The notes under the pieces are model-generated. The model was not told the DNA's origin and searched no databases. It saw only the letters and a list, made by a program, of their open reading frames with translations. A stretch of DNA of 32,000 bases from Edaphobacter aggregans (GTDB lineage: Bacteria; Acidobacteriota; Terriglobia; Terriglobales; Acidobacteriaceae). Below are positions 1-8,681 of this stretch, in pieces. The stretch spans positions 6,000,001 through 6,032,000 of the forward strand of contig NZ_RSDW01000001.1 in assembly GCF_003945235.1 (NCBI RefSeq). The letters are read 5' to 3'. A program made the position numbers and the translations under genes. Position 1 is the first letter of the stretch. Every line of letters begins with the position of its first letter.

Positions 1-1634
1 TAGAAGATGTAGGCGATGTAGAAGCCGATGGCTGCGGTGAGAACTGAGACTGCGGCGAGAGTGAGTTCGAGGCCAAAGCTCGCGGCATTGGCAACTCCGG
101 CGGCGAAGACTGGCTCGAGGAAGTGCTCGGCCTCGTCGCTTCCGCCGAAGGCGATGGGGATGCCGACCCATCCGCCGATGACCGAGAGGATGGCAAGGAT
201 TACCAGCGGCGCGAGCATGATCCAGGGCGATTCATGCGGGGCATGCGCGTGGGCTGTGTGGCCGTGATCGTGCGTGTCGGCGTGGTGATTGAACTTCTCC
301 GGACCAAAGAAGGTCTTGAACCAGAGGCGGAACATGTAGAAGGAGGTCATGCCGGCGGTGACGAGGCCGACGAACCAGAGCAACTTGCCGAGCGGATTAG
401 GGCTGGTGAAGGCGCGGAAGAGGATCTCGTCTTTGGAGAAGAAGCCAGCCAGCGGCGGGATGCCTGCGATGGCGACGACGCCTGCGGTCATGGTCCAGAA
501 GGTGATTGGGATGTGCTTGCGGAGGCCACCCATGTGGCGCATGTCCTGCTCGCCGGAGAGAGCGTGGATGACGGAGCCGGCGGCGAGGAAGAGCAGCGCC
601 TTGAAGAAGGCGTGGGTCATCAGGTGGAAGATGCCGGCTTCGTATGCGCCGACTCCGCAGGCCAGGAACATGTAGCCGAGCTGCGAGATGGTGGAGTAGG
701 CGAGGACGCGCTTGATGTCGTGCTGGACGAGGCCGATGCAGGCGGCGAAGATGGCTGTGGCCGCGCCGATGATGGCGACTACGCCGAGGGCGTAAGGGCT
801 GCGGTCAAAGAGAGTGTGGCAGCGGGCGACCATGTAGATGCCGGCCGTGACCATCGTCGCCGCGTGAATGAGGGCGGAGACGGGGGTGGGGCCTTCCATG
901 GCGTCGGGGAGCCAGACGTAGAGCGGGATCTGTGCGGACTTGCCGGTGGCTCCGAGGACGAGCAGCAGGGCGATGGCGGTGAGGATTCCGCCTTGCCAGT
1001 CGGGGTTGGCGCTGATAGCTCCGAAGACCTGCGCGAAGCTGAGTGAGCCGAAGTGCTGGACGAGGAGAAACATCGCCAGGAGGAAGCCGAAGTCGCCGAT
1101 GCGGTTGACGATGAAGGCTTTTTTGCCGGCGTTGGCGGCGGAGTCCTTGGTGAAGTAGAAGCCGATGAGGAGGTAGGAGGCGAGACCGACGCCCTCCCAG
1201 CCGACGAAGAGCAGAAGGAAGCTCTCGGCGAGGACCAGGATGAGCATGAAGAACATGAAGAGGTTAAGGTAGGCGAAGAAGCGCCAGTAGCCTTCTTCGT
1301 GCGCCATGTAGCCGACGGAGTAGATGTGGATGAGGAAGCCGACGCCGGTGACGACGCCAAGCATCATGAGGGTGAGGTGGTCGACCGAGAGGGCGAAGTT
1401 GACCTGGAAGCCGGTGATGGCGATCCATGGCTGGCTGACGATGCCGAAGGTCTCGGGAGCGCCGGGGGACTTCATGAACGCCCAGAGCCATGCGACGAGG
1501 ATCGCCGGAATGGCAGTGCAGATGAGGGCGACGGCAGAGACGAGGGCGCGGGGCAGCTTGCGGCCAACGGTTCCGTTGATGAGGAAGCCGGTGAAGGGAA
1601 GCAGCGGAATCAGCCAGAGATACGAAGCGGGCAT
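1..1634 (-). CDS. nuoL: NADH-quinone oxidoreductase subunit L (NuoL), 3' end cut by window edge
   Basis: Missing from the ORF track because it runs off the window. Hand translation from ATG at 1634-1632 gives MPASYLWLIPLLPFTGFLINGTVGRKLPRALVS...GWEGVGLASYLLIGFYF...YVWLPDAMEGPTPVSALIHAATMVTAGIYMVAR...AYSTISQLGYMF...HLMTHAFFKALLFLAAGSVIHA. These are typical antiporter-like NuoL motifs. The frame stays open to position 1. It lies 16 nt downstream of nuoK. Confidence 0.93.
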   Translation of the reverse strand, partial: MPASYLWLIPLLPFTGFLINGTVGRKLPRALVSAVALICTAIPAILVAWLWAFMKSPGAPETFGIVSQPWIAITGFQVNFALSVDHLTLMMLGVVTGVGFLIHIYSVGYMAHEEGYWRFFAYLNLFMFFMLILVLAESFLLLFVGWEGVGLASYLLIGFYFTKDSAANAGKKAFIVNRIGDFGFLLAMFLLVQHFGSLSFAQVFGAISANPDWQGGILTAIALLLVLGATGKSAQIPLYVWLPDAMEGPTPVSALIHAATMVTAGIYMVARCHTLFDRSPYALGVVAIIGAATAIFAACIGLVQHDIKRVLAYSTISQLGYMFLACGVGAYEAGIFHLMTHAFFKALLFLAAGSVIHALSGEQDMRHMGGLRKHIPITFWTMTAGVVAIAGIPPLAGFFSKDEILFRAFTSPNPLGKLLWFVGLVTAGMTSFYMFRLWFKTFFGPEKFNHHADTHDHGHTAHAHAPHESPWIMLAPLVILAILSVIGGWVGIPIAFGGSDEAEHFLEPVFAAGVANAASFGLELTLAAVSVLTAAIGFYIAYIF

Positions 1635-1650
1635 CAGTAGTTCTCGAGTC

Positions 1651-1953
1651 TCAGAGTTTCATCAGGTTGACCTGATCGATGTTCAGGGTCTGGCGTGTAC
1701 GGAAGATAGCAATGATGATGGCCAGGCCGACGGCGGCTTCCGCTGCGGCGACGACCATGACGAAGAAGACGAAGATCTGTCCGGAGACCTGGTGCCACAT
1801 GTGCGCGAAGGCGACGAAGGTCAGGTTGACGGCGTTGAGCATCAGCTCGATGGACATGAAGACGGTGATGATGTTGCGCTTGATGAGGAAGCTGGCGACG
1901 CCGACCGAGAAGAGGACGGCGGCGAGGATCAGGTAGTAAGCGATGGGAACCAT
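1651..1953 (-). CDS. nuoK: NADH-quinone oxidoreductase subunit K (NuoK)
   Basis: 100 aa with three TM segments. [49 protein letters not shown] is the classic NuoK/ND4L pattern. ATG confirmed at 1953-1951. Correct operon position. Confidence 0.93.
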   Translation of the reverse strand: MVPIAYYLILAAVLFSVGVASFLIKRNIITVFMSIELMLNAVNLTFVAFAHMWHQVSGQIFVFFVMVVAAAEAAVGLAIIIAIFRTRQTLNIDQVNLMKL

Positions 1954-2285
1954 TAGGCGTGCCTCCTATCTGCGTTCGTCCCTAGAATGGTGAACCAAAG
2001 GAGCAGTCCCCAAGCAATCCAACACAGGGGCTGACTGAAGGCTCCATGAGGGTTTCTGTAGATGGGTAGGAAAGCTGTCAGGAACATAATCGCCACTGTA
2101 AACCCGATCGCATACTGGAGACGTAGTCGCCGTCCTCTGTCGCTTGCTCGGGCAGCGAAGCTATTTAGAAATAGACCTAGATTGACGAGCGCGACGACCG
2201 AATTAACTACAAGGCTTGATATGAGCAGGGGGCGCTGCATCTTCAATACGAGAGGATTTGGCGTCAGCCCGAACGGATGCACCAT
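1953..2285 (-). CDS. Hypothetical 110-aa membrane protein (about 3 TM) inserted between nuoJ and nuoK
   Basis: ATG at 2285-2283 lies 2 nt after the nuoJ stop (TAG, 2290-2288). AAGGAG occurs 8 nt upstream, inside the nuoJ 3' end. Its TAA stop overlaps the nuoK ATG as TAATG (1951-1955). Hydrophobic stretches: [59 protein letters not shown]. No family recognised. Visibly AT-richer than its neighbours and uses rare codons (CTA, AGA, AGG, ATA). Confidence 0.6.
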   Translation of the reverse strand: MVHPFGLTPNPLVLKMQRPLLISSLVVNSVVALVNLGLFLNSFAARASDRGRRLRLQYAIGFTVAIMFLTAFLPIYRNPHGAFSQPLCWIAWGLLLWFTILGTNADRRHA

Positions 2286-2287
2286 AC

Positions 2288-2794
2288 CTACTGCTCCTTT
2301 CGCGCGAGCACGACGGCTCCGAGGATGGCTACGAGGATGAGGATCGAGGTGACCTCAAAGGGGAGCAGAAGGTCGCGGAAGAGCAGGGTGCTGATCTCGG
2401 AGATGTTGCTGACGGCGTGGTTCAGATGGCCGCCGAGGCTGACTGCGCCGAGGGCCTTGCGCTCCGTGAGGAAGACGAAGCTGAGCAGGCAGAAGATGGC
2501 GGCGGCTCCGGGGAATCCGGCGACGTAGGCGGCTCGGCTGCCCCGGGTGCGTTCTTCTTCTCCGGCGTTGAGCAGCATGACGACGAAGACGAAGAGCACC
2601 ATGATGGCGCCGGAGTAGACGATGACCTGGGCGGCGGCGAGGAATTCGGCCCCGAGCGACCAGTAGAGGACGGCCAGCGACATCATGACGACGACCAGCG
2701 AGAGGGCGCTGTTGATGGGGTGGCGTTGGAAGAGGAAGTTGAGTGCTCCCGCGACCGCCAGCGCGCCAAAGATGATGAAGAGTGCCAGTTGCAT
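2288..2794 (-). CDS. nuoJ: NADH-quinone oxidoreductase subunit J (NuoJ)
   Basis: 168-aa polytopic membrane protein. MQLALFIIFGALAVAGALNFLFQRHPINSALSLVVVMMSLAVLYWSLGAEFLAAAQVIVYSGAIMVLFVFVVMLL is typical NuoJ/ND6. ATG confirmed at 2794-2792. Confidence 0.9.
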   Translation of the reverse strand: MQLALFIIFGALAVAGALNFLFQRHPINSALSLVVVMMSLAVLYWSLGAEFLAAAQVIVYSGAIMVLFVFVVMLLNAGEEERTRGSRAAYVAGFPGAAAIFCLLSFVFLTERKALGAVSLGGHLNHAVSNISEISTLLFRDLLLPFEVTSILILVAILGAVVLARKEQ

Positions 2795-2834
2795 GATGAT
2801 CCGATGAGTCCTTATTCGATCTCGTTTGAAACTG

Positions 2835-2858
2835 AGCAGATGTTACGGGCTATCTGCT
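2835..2858 (-). other. 7-bp perfect hairpin in the nuoH-nuoJ spacer
   Basis: AGCAGAT (2835-2841) pairs with ATCTGCT (2852-2858) around a 10-nt loop. It sits in the 87-nt ORF-free gap where nuoI would normally lie. No convincing U-tract on the minus strand. Confidence 0.4.
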
Positions 2859-2881
2859 GATTGTAAAACAGCTTGCTGCCA

Positions 2882-3955
2882 TCATTTTGCGTGCAAGGCA
2901 AGAACAAGGCTGGTAAAGACGATGTTGGCCATTGCGAGCGGCAGAAGAAACTTCCAGCCGAAGCTCATGAGCTGGTCGTAACGAAAACGTGGCAGTGTAC
3001 CGCGGACCCAGATGTACAGCAGGAGGAACGCGAAGACTTTGACGACAAACCAGAAGATGGGAAGGATGGCCGCGATGATCGGGCCTCCGATGGCCGGGAA
3101 GAGATTGCCGAAGGGGCTGGACGGACCACCGAAGAAGAGCAGCGTAGCGACGCAGGCTACGGTGATCATGTTGGCGTACTCGGCCATGAAGAACATCGCG
3201 AACTTCATGGAGGAGTACTCGGTGTGGTAACCGGCGATGAGCTCGGATTCGGCCTCGGGGAGGTCGAAGGGAGCACGGTTGGTCTCGGCGTAAGCGGCCA
3301 TGAGGTAGATGAAGAAGGCCACGAACTGCAAGCCTCCGAAGACGTTCCAGGAGAGCAAACCGTGGGCGGACTGGCTGTTGACGATGGCGCGCAGGCTGAG
3401 GGATTGTGCACGGAGCACGACGCCGACGAGCGAGAGTCCTAGGGCCAGCTCGTAGCTGATCATCTGTGACGTTGCGCGGAGCGAGCCGAGGAGAGCGAAC
3501 TTGTTGTTCGACGACCAGCCGGAGAGCGCGATGCCGTAGACGCCGATGGAGGTGATGCCGAGGATGACCAGAAGGCCGATGTCGAGGTCGGCGATGTTGA
3601 AGATGTCGACGGTGACGCCGTTGGCCGTGACGTGCTGGACTTGTCCGAAGGGCACGACGGCGATGGAGATGAGCGAGCAGGTAAGCGCGATGATGGGCGC
3701 AATGATAAAGAGTGGCTTCTCGGCGGCGAGAGGGAGAAGTTCTTCCTTGAGAAAGAGCTTGATGCCATCGGCCAGCGGCTGCAACAAGCCGAAGGGGCCG
3801 ACGCGCGAGGGGCCCCAGCGGTTCTGGATGCGGCCGAGAACCTTGCGCTCCAGCAGCACCGTGTAGGCGACCGCCGTCAAGGTAATGACGACGACGACTA
3901 CAACCTTAAGGATGCTGAGCAGCAGAAATGTCTGAAATTCAGTGAGGTGGCTCAT
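2882..3955 (-). CDS. nuoH: NADH-quinone oxidoreductase subunit H (NuoH)
   Basis: 357 aa. LERKVLGRIQNRWGPSRVGPFGLLQPLADGIKLFLKE and GWSSNNKFALLGSLRATSQMISYEL are hallmark NuoH/ND1 motifs. ATG confirmed at 3955-3953. Confidence 0.95.
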   Translation of the reverse strand: MSHLTEFQTFLLLSILKVVVVVVITLTAVAYTVLLERKVLGRIQNRWGPSRVGPFGLLQPLADGIKLFLKEELLPLAAEKPLFIIAPIIALTCSLISIAVVPFGQVQHVTANGVTVDIFNIADLDIGLLVILGITSIGVYGIALSGWSSNNKFALLGSLRATSQMISYELALGLSLVGVVLRAQSLSLRAIVNSQSAHGLLSWNVFGGLQFVAFFIYLMAAYAETNRAPFDLPEAESELIAGYHTEYSSMKFAMFFMAEYANMITVACVATLLFFGGPSSPFGNLFPAIGGPIIAAILPIFWFVVKVFAFLLLYIWVRGTLPRFRYDQLMSFGWKFLLPLAMANIVFTSLVLALHAK

Positions 3956-4027
3956 TTTTAAGCTTTCAGCTCTGAGGTTTGAGCTCTGAGATTTTTAAGT
4001 ACTGGCTCCATGTTGAAATTGTTCGGT

Positions 4028-6415
4028 CTACTCGGGCGCGGTTTCGATCTGTATCAGGGGTTCACTGGCCTGGAATTGCTGCACGTCGTTGAGCATGGCG
4101 GAGTAACGGCCAAGCGTTCCTGAGGTAAAGAGCGTGTCGTTCGCCGGGAGGACGAGGTCGCGGCGGCTGGTGATCTGAGTCAATGCAGCGGGTGCGGCTG
4201 GTTGGAGATGCTGGTCGTTGCCGCTCAGGAGCTGCAGACGAAGCAGCTTGTCGTAGCCGGGGACGAGGCGCTGGATCTCGTCGAGGATGGCATAGGAGTC
4301 GAAGGGGCTGAGCTTGGGCTCGAGGTTGTTCGCGGTGAGCCAGACGGCGTGGCGGTCGGCTTCGCCGGACTGTGCGCCGCGGGACTGACCCATGTCGGCG
4401 CGGAGCCCTTTGCCGAAGGGGACGAGTGTGTGGACATCGGCGCCCATCTTGTCGGCGATGCGGACGATCATCTCGAAGTCGGTGCGGACGCCGGCGCGGT
4501 CTGCGGCTTTGTTGACCTGCTGGAGATCGCCGTAGCTGTTGGTGACGGAGCCGGACTTCTCGTAGAGGTTCGCGGCGGGAAGGATGACGTCGGCTAGGGC
4601 GGCGGTCTCGGTGAGGAACATCTCCTGGACGATGACGAAAGTGTTCTTCAACGATGCGGGATCGACGCTGTAGCGGGAGACTGGGTTCGAGCCGACGATG
4701 TATAGCGCAGAGAGATCGCCGCCGCTGGCTGCTTCGAAGATCTGGAGCATGTCGAGGCCGGGTTCGGCGGGGGCGTTGTGCTCGGCGAAGGCTCCGGGAT
4801 TCGAAACCGGAGTGTAGCCAGGGAGAAAGTCGGGAAGCAGACCCATGTCGGCAGCGCCGCGTGAGTTGGCGTAGTCGGAGAGCAGGGCGAACTTTGCGCC
4901 GGGGATGGAGAGTCCGAAGGCGATGAGATTTTTGAGGTCTGTGCCACGGAGTTCTGGGCCAATGAGGATGAGGAGCTTTTCCTCGGTTTTGACGGCGTCG
5001 CGGAAAGCGCTGAGGGCGTTAGCGTCGGCTGCTGCGCTGGCGGCAGATGCGGCATCGCCGTTGAGGTAGCTTGCGAGCGCGTTATAGCCGAAGGGCGCTA
5101 CGTGGAGGAACGCTTTGGCCTGTCGGCGAAGCTTGATCTCCTCGGTGTTGGCGACGTAGAGGCGGGCGCGATTGAGGCGGACGTCGGTACGAAGATTCCA
5201 GGCGGTACCGGGTGCCTGATTCGTGGGGTCGTCGCCCACGATGAGGACTGCTGGCGAGGTCTGGGTGTCGCGCAGGGAGGCGGTGCGGTTCGTCTGACCG
5301 GCGAGGGCCTGGGCGAAGGTGACGTAGTCAGCGGTGCGGTGGTGGTCGATATTGTTGGTGCCGAGGACCGTGCGGGCGAACTTCTGCAGAAGGTAGGCCT
5401 CTTCGTTGGTGAGGCGGTTGCCGCCGATGACGCCGATGGATTTGCCGCCGCGGGTGTCGCGGAGTTCGCGGAGTTTTTTGCCAGCGTGCTCGAAGGCATG
5501 CTCCCAGGAGACGGGCTTGAACTCACCGTTGGGCTGGCGGACGAGCGGCTGAGTGATGCGGTCTTTGTGGTTGGCGAAGTCGAAGGCGTAACGGCCCTTG
5601 TTGCAGAGGAAGTCGCCGTTGATGCCGGACTTGTCGCGGTTGTCGCCGCGGACGATCTCGCTGCCGTCGGAGGTCGAGCGGACGCCGAGAGTGGTCTTGC
5701 AACCGTCGCCGCAGTGTGTGCAGATAGTGGCTACGTGGTTCATCTCCCATGGGCGGGTTTTGTACCGGTAGGTGCCGCTGGTGAGAGCGCCTACGGGGCA
5801 GGCGTCGATACACATACCGCACTGCTCGCAGTCAACATGGGCGAGGTGGTCAGGGGACAGGTCGGCGGGGATGTTGGGAGCGATAACCGAGGATGCGCCG
5901 CGGTTCTGGATGCCGAGCGCGAAGACGTCCATGCCTTCGCCGCACATGCGGACGCAGCGGTAGCAGAGGATGCAGCGCGGTCGGTCGAAGTAAACGACGG
6001 GGGACCACTTTTGCTCTTCGCGGTGGTTTTTGGGCTCGGCGTAAAAGCTGTCTGCGGCGCCGTACTTGAAGGTCATGTCCTGCAGCTCGCACTCGCCGCC
6101 GGCGTCGCAGACGGGACAGTCGAGCGGGTGGTTGCCGAGGAGAAGTTGAAGCGTGGCCTTGCGGGCCTGGGCGATCTCGGGGGTCTCGGTCTGGACGACC
6201 ATGCCTTCGGCGACCGGGGTGGTGCAGGCGGTCTGGAGCTTGGGCATTTTCTCGATGCGGACGACGCACATGCGGCAGGCGGCTTGCAACGAGAGGCCGG
6301 GGTAGTAGCAGAAGGCGGGAATCTCGATGCCGGATGACTTGCAGGCGTCGATGAGCAACGTGCCCGCGGGGGCGGTGAGTTTTTTGCCGTCTACGGTGAA
6401 GGTTACGTCTGGCAT
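4028..6415 (-). CDS. nuoG: NADH-quinone oxidoreductase subunit G (NuoG), 75-kDa Fe-S subunit
   Basis: 795 aa. N-terminal 2Fe-2S ferredoxin-like segment (CYYPGLSLQAACRMCVV). His/Cys cluster HPLDCPVCDAGGECELQ. 4Fe-4S motifs CILCYRCVRMC and CEQCGMCIDACPVGAL. Followed by a molybdopterin-oxidoreductase-like domain. Confidence 0.95.
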   Translation of the reverse strand: MPDVTFTVDGKKLTAPAGTLLIDACKSSGIEIPAFCYYPGLSLQAACRMCVVRIEKMPKLQTACTTPVAEGMVVQTETPEIAQARKATLQLLLGNHPLDCPVCDAGGECELQDMTFKYGAADSFYAEPKNHREEQKWSPVVYFDRPRCILCYRCVRMCGEGMDVFALGIQNRGASSVIAPNIPADLSPDHLAHVDCEQCGMCIDACPVGALTSGTYRYKTRPWEMNHVATICTHCGDGCKTTLGVRSTSDGSEIVRGDNRDKSGINGDFLCNKGRYAFDFANHKDRITQPLVRQPNGEFKPVSWEHAFEHAGKKLRELRDTRGGKSIGVIGGNRLTNEEAYLLQKFARTVLGTNNIDHHRTADYVTFAQALAGQTNRTASLRDTQTSPAVLIVGDDPTNQAPGTAWNLRTDVRLNRARLYVANTEEIKLRRQAKAFLHVAPFGYNALASYLNGDAASAASAAADANALSAFRDAVKTEEKLLILIGPELRGTDLKNLIAFGLSIPGAKFALLSDYANSRGAADMGLLPDFLPGYTPVSNPGAFAEHNAPAEPGLDMLQIFEAASGGDLSALYIVGSNPVSRYSVDPASLKNTFVIVQEMFLTETAALADVILPAANLYEKSGSVTNSYGDLQQVNKAADRAGVRTDFEMIVRIADKMGADVHTLVPFGKGLRADMGQSRGAQSGEADRHAVWLTANNLEPKLSPFDSYAILDEIQRLVPGYDKLLRLQLLSGNDQHLQPAAPAALTQITSRRDLVLPANDTLFTSGTLGRYSAMLNDVQQFQASEPLIQIETAPE

Positions 6416-6425
6416 CTGAATTCCT

Positions 6426-6551
6426 CTACTTCGACTTCTCGATCAAAATCTGCTGATCTGCGCTGCGGTGCTTACGCATGCCGGTAGTGAAAACCCGGAT
6501 CAGTCCGACTAAAAGTACGATTGCAACCAATATCCAGACAATTCTGGTCAT
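6426..6551 (-). CDS. Hypothetical 41-aa single-TM protein between nuoF and nuoG (absent from the ORF track)
   Basis: Hand translation gives MTRIVWILVAIVLLVGLIRVFTTGMRKHRSADQQILIEKSK, followed by TAG at 6428-6426. The ATG at 6551-6549 starts 8 nt after the nuoF TGA. The stop lies 10 nt before the nuoG ATG. One hydrophobic helix followed by a basic tail. AT-richer than the flanking genes. Confidence 0.5.
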   Translation of the reverse strand: MTRIVWILVAIVLLVGLIRVFTTGMRKHRSADQQILIEKSK

Positions 6552-6559
6552 GGCATTGT

Positions 6560-7879
6560 TCAATGTCCAGCCCCAACGAGCTCCTGTACGGTGATGATGG
6601 GGGTTCCGGCTTTTTTGCCTTCGATGTAATCTTCAAATTCTTTACGGAACTTCTTGACGAAGCCGAGAGTGGGCATCGCAGCTGCGTCGCCGAGCGGGCA
6701 GAAGGTGCGGCCCATCATGTTGTCGGCGAGGTACTGGACGTTGTCGATATCTTTTTTAGTCCCGCCGCCTGCGTGGACGCGGGTCAGAGTCTTCTTGATC
6801 CAGTCGGTGCCTTCGCGGCAGGGGATGCACCAGCCGCAGGATTCGTGCTGGTAGAACGAGATGGTACGGAGGGCGAACTCGACGATGGATACGGTCTCGT
6901 CGAGCACGACGATGCCGCCGGAGCCGAGCATGGTTCCAGCCTTGGCCATCTGGTCGAAGTCGAGGCCTACGTCGATCTCGTCTGCGGTGAGGACGGGGCA
7001 CGATGCGCCGCCGGGAACGACCGCTTTGAGCTTCTTGCCGTCCTTGATGCCGCCCGCTACGTCGTAGATGGCCTTGCGGAGCGAGTAGCCCATAGGGAGC
7101 TCGTAGACGCCGGGGCGCTCGACGTGGCCGCTGATGCCGAAGAGGCGTGTGCCGCCGTTGCGCTCGGTGCCGAGCTTGGCGTAGGCCTCGCCGCCCATCA
7201 GGAGAATGTGCGGGGCGTTGGCGATGGTCTCGGCGTTGTTGATGACCGTGGGCCCGCCGTAGAGGCCGACGACGGCAGGAAAGGGCGGCTTGATGCGAGG
7301 AACGCCACGCTTGCCTTCGAGCGACTCCATCAGGGCCGACTCTTCGCCGACCTCATATGCTCCCGCGCCGGTCTGGGTGACGATGTCGAAATCGACGCCG
7401 GTGCCGAAGATGTTTTTTCCGAGGAATCCGCGCGCATAGGCATCGGCGACGGCCTTCTCGACGATCTTGAGGAGGTAGCGGTACTCGCCGCGCAGGTAGA
7501 TGAAGCCGAGCTTTGAGCCGATGGCGAGCCCGGCGATCATGGTGCCTTCGATGACGGCGTGCGGATCGTGCAGGAAGATGACGTGGTCTTTGCAGGTTCC
7601 GGGTTCAGACTCGTCGCCGTTGACGAGAACGTACTTGGGCTTCTCGGACTGCTTGGGCACGAACGACCACTTCATGCCGGTTGGGAAGCCTGCTCCGCCG
7701 CGTCCACGCAGGCCTGAGGCCTTCATGGTGTTGATGATCCACTCGGGGCCTTCGGCGATAGCCTGCTGGACGGCCTTGTAGCCATCGAGCTCGAGGTACT
7801 TGTCGATGTCGGCCGCGCCCATGCCGAAGCGGCGGGAGATTACTTTGACTTCATCGGGGTGTGAGACGAGGGTGGGCAT
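6560..7879 (-). CDS. nuoF: NADH-quinone oxidoreductase subunit F (NuoF), FMN/NADH-binding
   Basis: 439 aa. GLRGRGGAGFPTGMKW is the FMN/NADH site. ESCGWCIPCREG is the N3 4Fe-4S motif. ATG confirmed at 7879-7877, directly abutting the nuoE stop. Confidence 0.96.
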   Translation of the reverse strand: MPTLVSHPDEVKVISRRFGMGAADIDKYLELDGYKAVQQAIAEGPEWIINTMKASGLRGRGGAGFPTGMKWSFVPKQSEKPKYVLVNGDESEPGTCKDHVIFLHDPHAVIEGTMIAGLAIGSKLGFIYLRGEYRYLLKIVEKAVADAYARGFLGKNIFGTGVDFDIVTQTGAGAYEVGEESALMESLEGKRGVPRIKPPFPAVVGLYGGPTVINNAETIANAPHILLMGGEAYAKLGTERNGGTRLFGISGHVERPGVYELPMGYSLRKAIYDVAGGIKDGKKLKAVVPGGASCPVLTADEIDVGLDFDQMAKAGTMLGSGGIVVLDETVSIVEFALRTISFYQHESCGWCIPCREGTDWIKKTLTRVHAGGGTKKDIDNVQYLADNMMGRTFCPLGDAAAMPTLGFVKKFRKEFEDYIEGKKAGTPIITVQELVGAGH

Positions 7880-8389
7880 CTACTTCACGTCCTTTCCCTG
7901 GCCGTTGCGGTAGGTTTCGAGGATCTCGTCGACCTTGATGGTGGTGAGATTGTCGTGGAAGTCGTAGTTGACCTGCATGGCGGGAGCCCAGCAGCAGGCG
8001 CCGATGCACTCGACCTCTTCGAGCGAGAAGGTGCCGTCCGGGGTGACGCCCTTGTGCCCGATGCCTAGCTTGGCCTTGCAGTGGTCGAGGATCTCGTAGC
8101 CGCCGCGCAGCATGCAGGAGATGTTAGTGCACACCTGCAGGTTGTACTTGCCCGCCGGCTTGGTTCGCAGCATGGAGTAGTACGAAAGCACGTTGCGTAC
8201 GTCCAACTCCATAATGCCGATGCGCTGTGCGATCTCGGAGATGACGGCGTCGGAGACATAGCCGACCTCGTCCTGCGCGTAGAGCAGCATAGGCACGAGC
8301 GCCGAGCGCTTGAGCGGGTAGATGGTTACGAGATGGTCGAAGCGGGCGGCCAGCTCCGGCGAAAAAATTGTGTTGGCGATTTCACTCAC
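7880..8389 (-). CDS. nuoE: NADH-quinone oxidoreductase subunit E (NuoE), 2Fe-2S
   Basis: 169 aa. Thioredoxin-like 2Fe-2S motifs CTNISCMLRG and CIGACCWAP. The start codon is GTG (8389-8387) and overlaps the last codons of the upstream 99-aa ORF. Confidence 0.93.
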   Translation of the reverse strand: MSEIANTIFSPELAARFDHLVTIYPLKRSALVPMLLYAQDEVGYVSDAVISEIAQRIGIMELDVRNVLSYYSMLRTKPAGKYNLQVCTNISCMLRGGYEILDHCKAKLGIGHKGVTPDGTFSLEEVECIGACCWAPAMQVNYDFHDNLTTIKVDEILETYRNGQGKDVK

Positions 8390-8681
8390 TATGCATCATC
8401 TCCCGCGCCAGTCGTTCGGCGGCAAGGTCCATCTCTTCGGCGATACCGTTCAGTTTAACAGTTCCGTCTTCCGCAAGGCTGAAGCCGGTCTGATTGCCTT
8501 CACTATCTTGAAGCGTCTCGTGCGTGAAGCGAAGCCAGCGGCTTGCTACGCGGAGGGTGATCTCGTCTGCGCCGACCTCGACGACTGCATGATGCCGGCT
8601 GTTGAGTCCGTGGGCCGCGGCGTAAGAGCGAAGCAGCGATGCCCAGGAGGTCCAAAGTTCTCGACGAAGGTTAGTGTCCAT
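8382..8681 (-). CDS. Hypothetical 99-aa soluble protein inserted between nuoD and nuoE
   Basis: ATG at 8681-8679 overlaps the upstream 131-aa ORF by 11 nt. Its TGA (8384-8382) overlaps the nuoE GTG start. No TM segment and no Cys motifs. Codon style resembles the host genes. No family recognised. Confidence 0.6.
   Translation of the reverse strand: MDTNLRRELWTSWASLLRSYAAAHGLNSRHHAVVEVGADEITLRVASRWLRFTHETLQDSEGNQTGFSLAEDGTVKLNGIAEEMDLAAERLAREMMHSE

Noticed and set aside
123-1046. 307-aa acidic (D/E/G/A-rich) plus-strand ORF, with similar plus-strand ORFs at 1053..1640 and 1324..1956
   Set aside because: They are antisense to a clearly recognisable nuoL reading frame. Low-complexity composition is typical of open antisense frames in high-GC DNA.
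3977-4012. 17-codon mini-ORF (MEPVLKNLRAQTSELKA) in the nuoG-nuoH spacer
   Set aside because: It has no RBS and is not hydrophobic, unlike the other inserted ORFs. It does not fill the gap with coupled junctions.
4671-4690. tRNA-like GGGTTCGAGCC T-loop motif
   Set aside because: It lies inside nuoG coding sequence. The flanks cannot form a T-stem or an acceptor stem.
5102-6337. 411-aa plus-strand ORF
   Set aside because: Antisense to nuoG, whose Fe-S motifs are unambiguous. The composition is G/A/V/D-rich and low-complexity.
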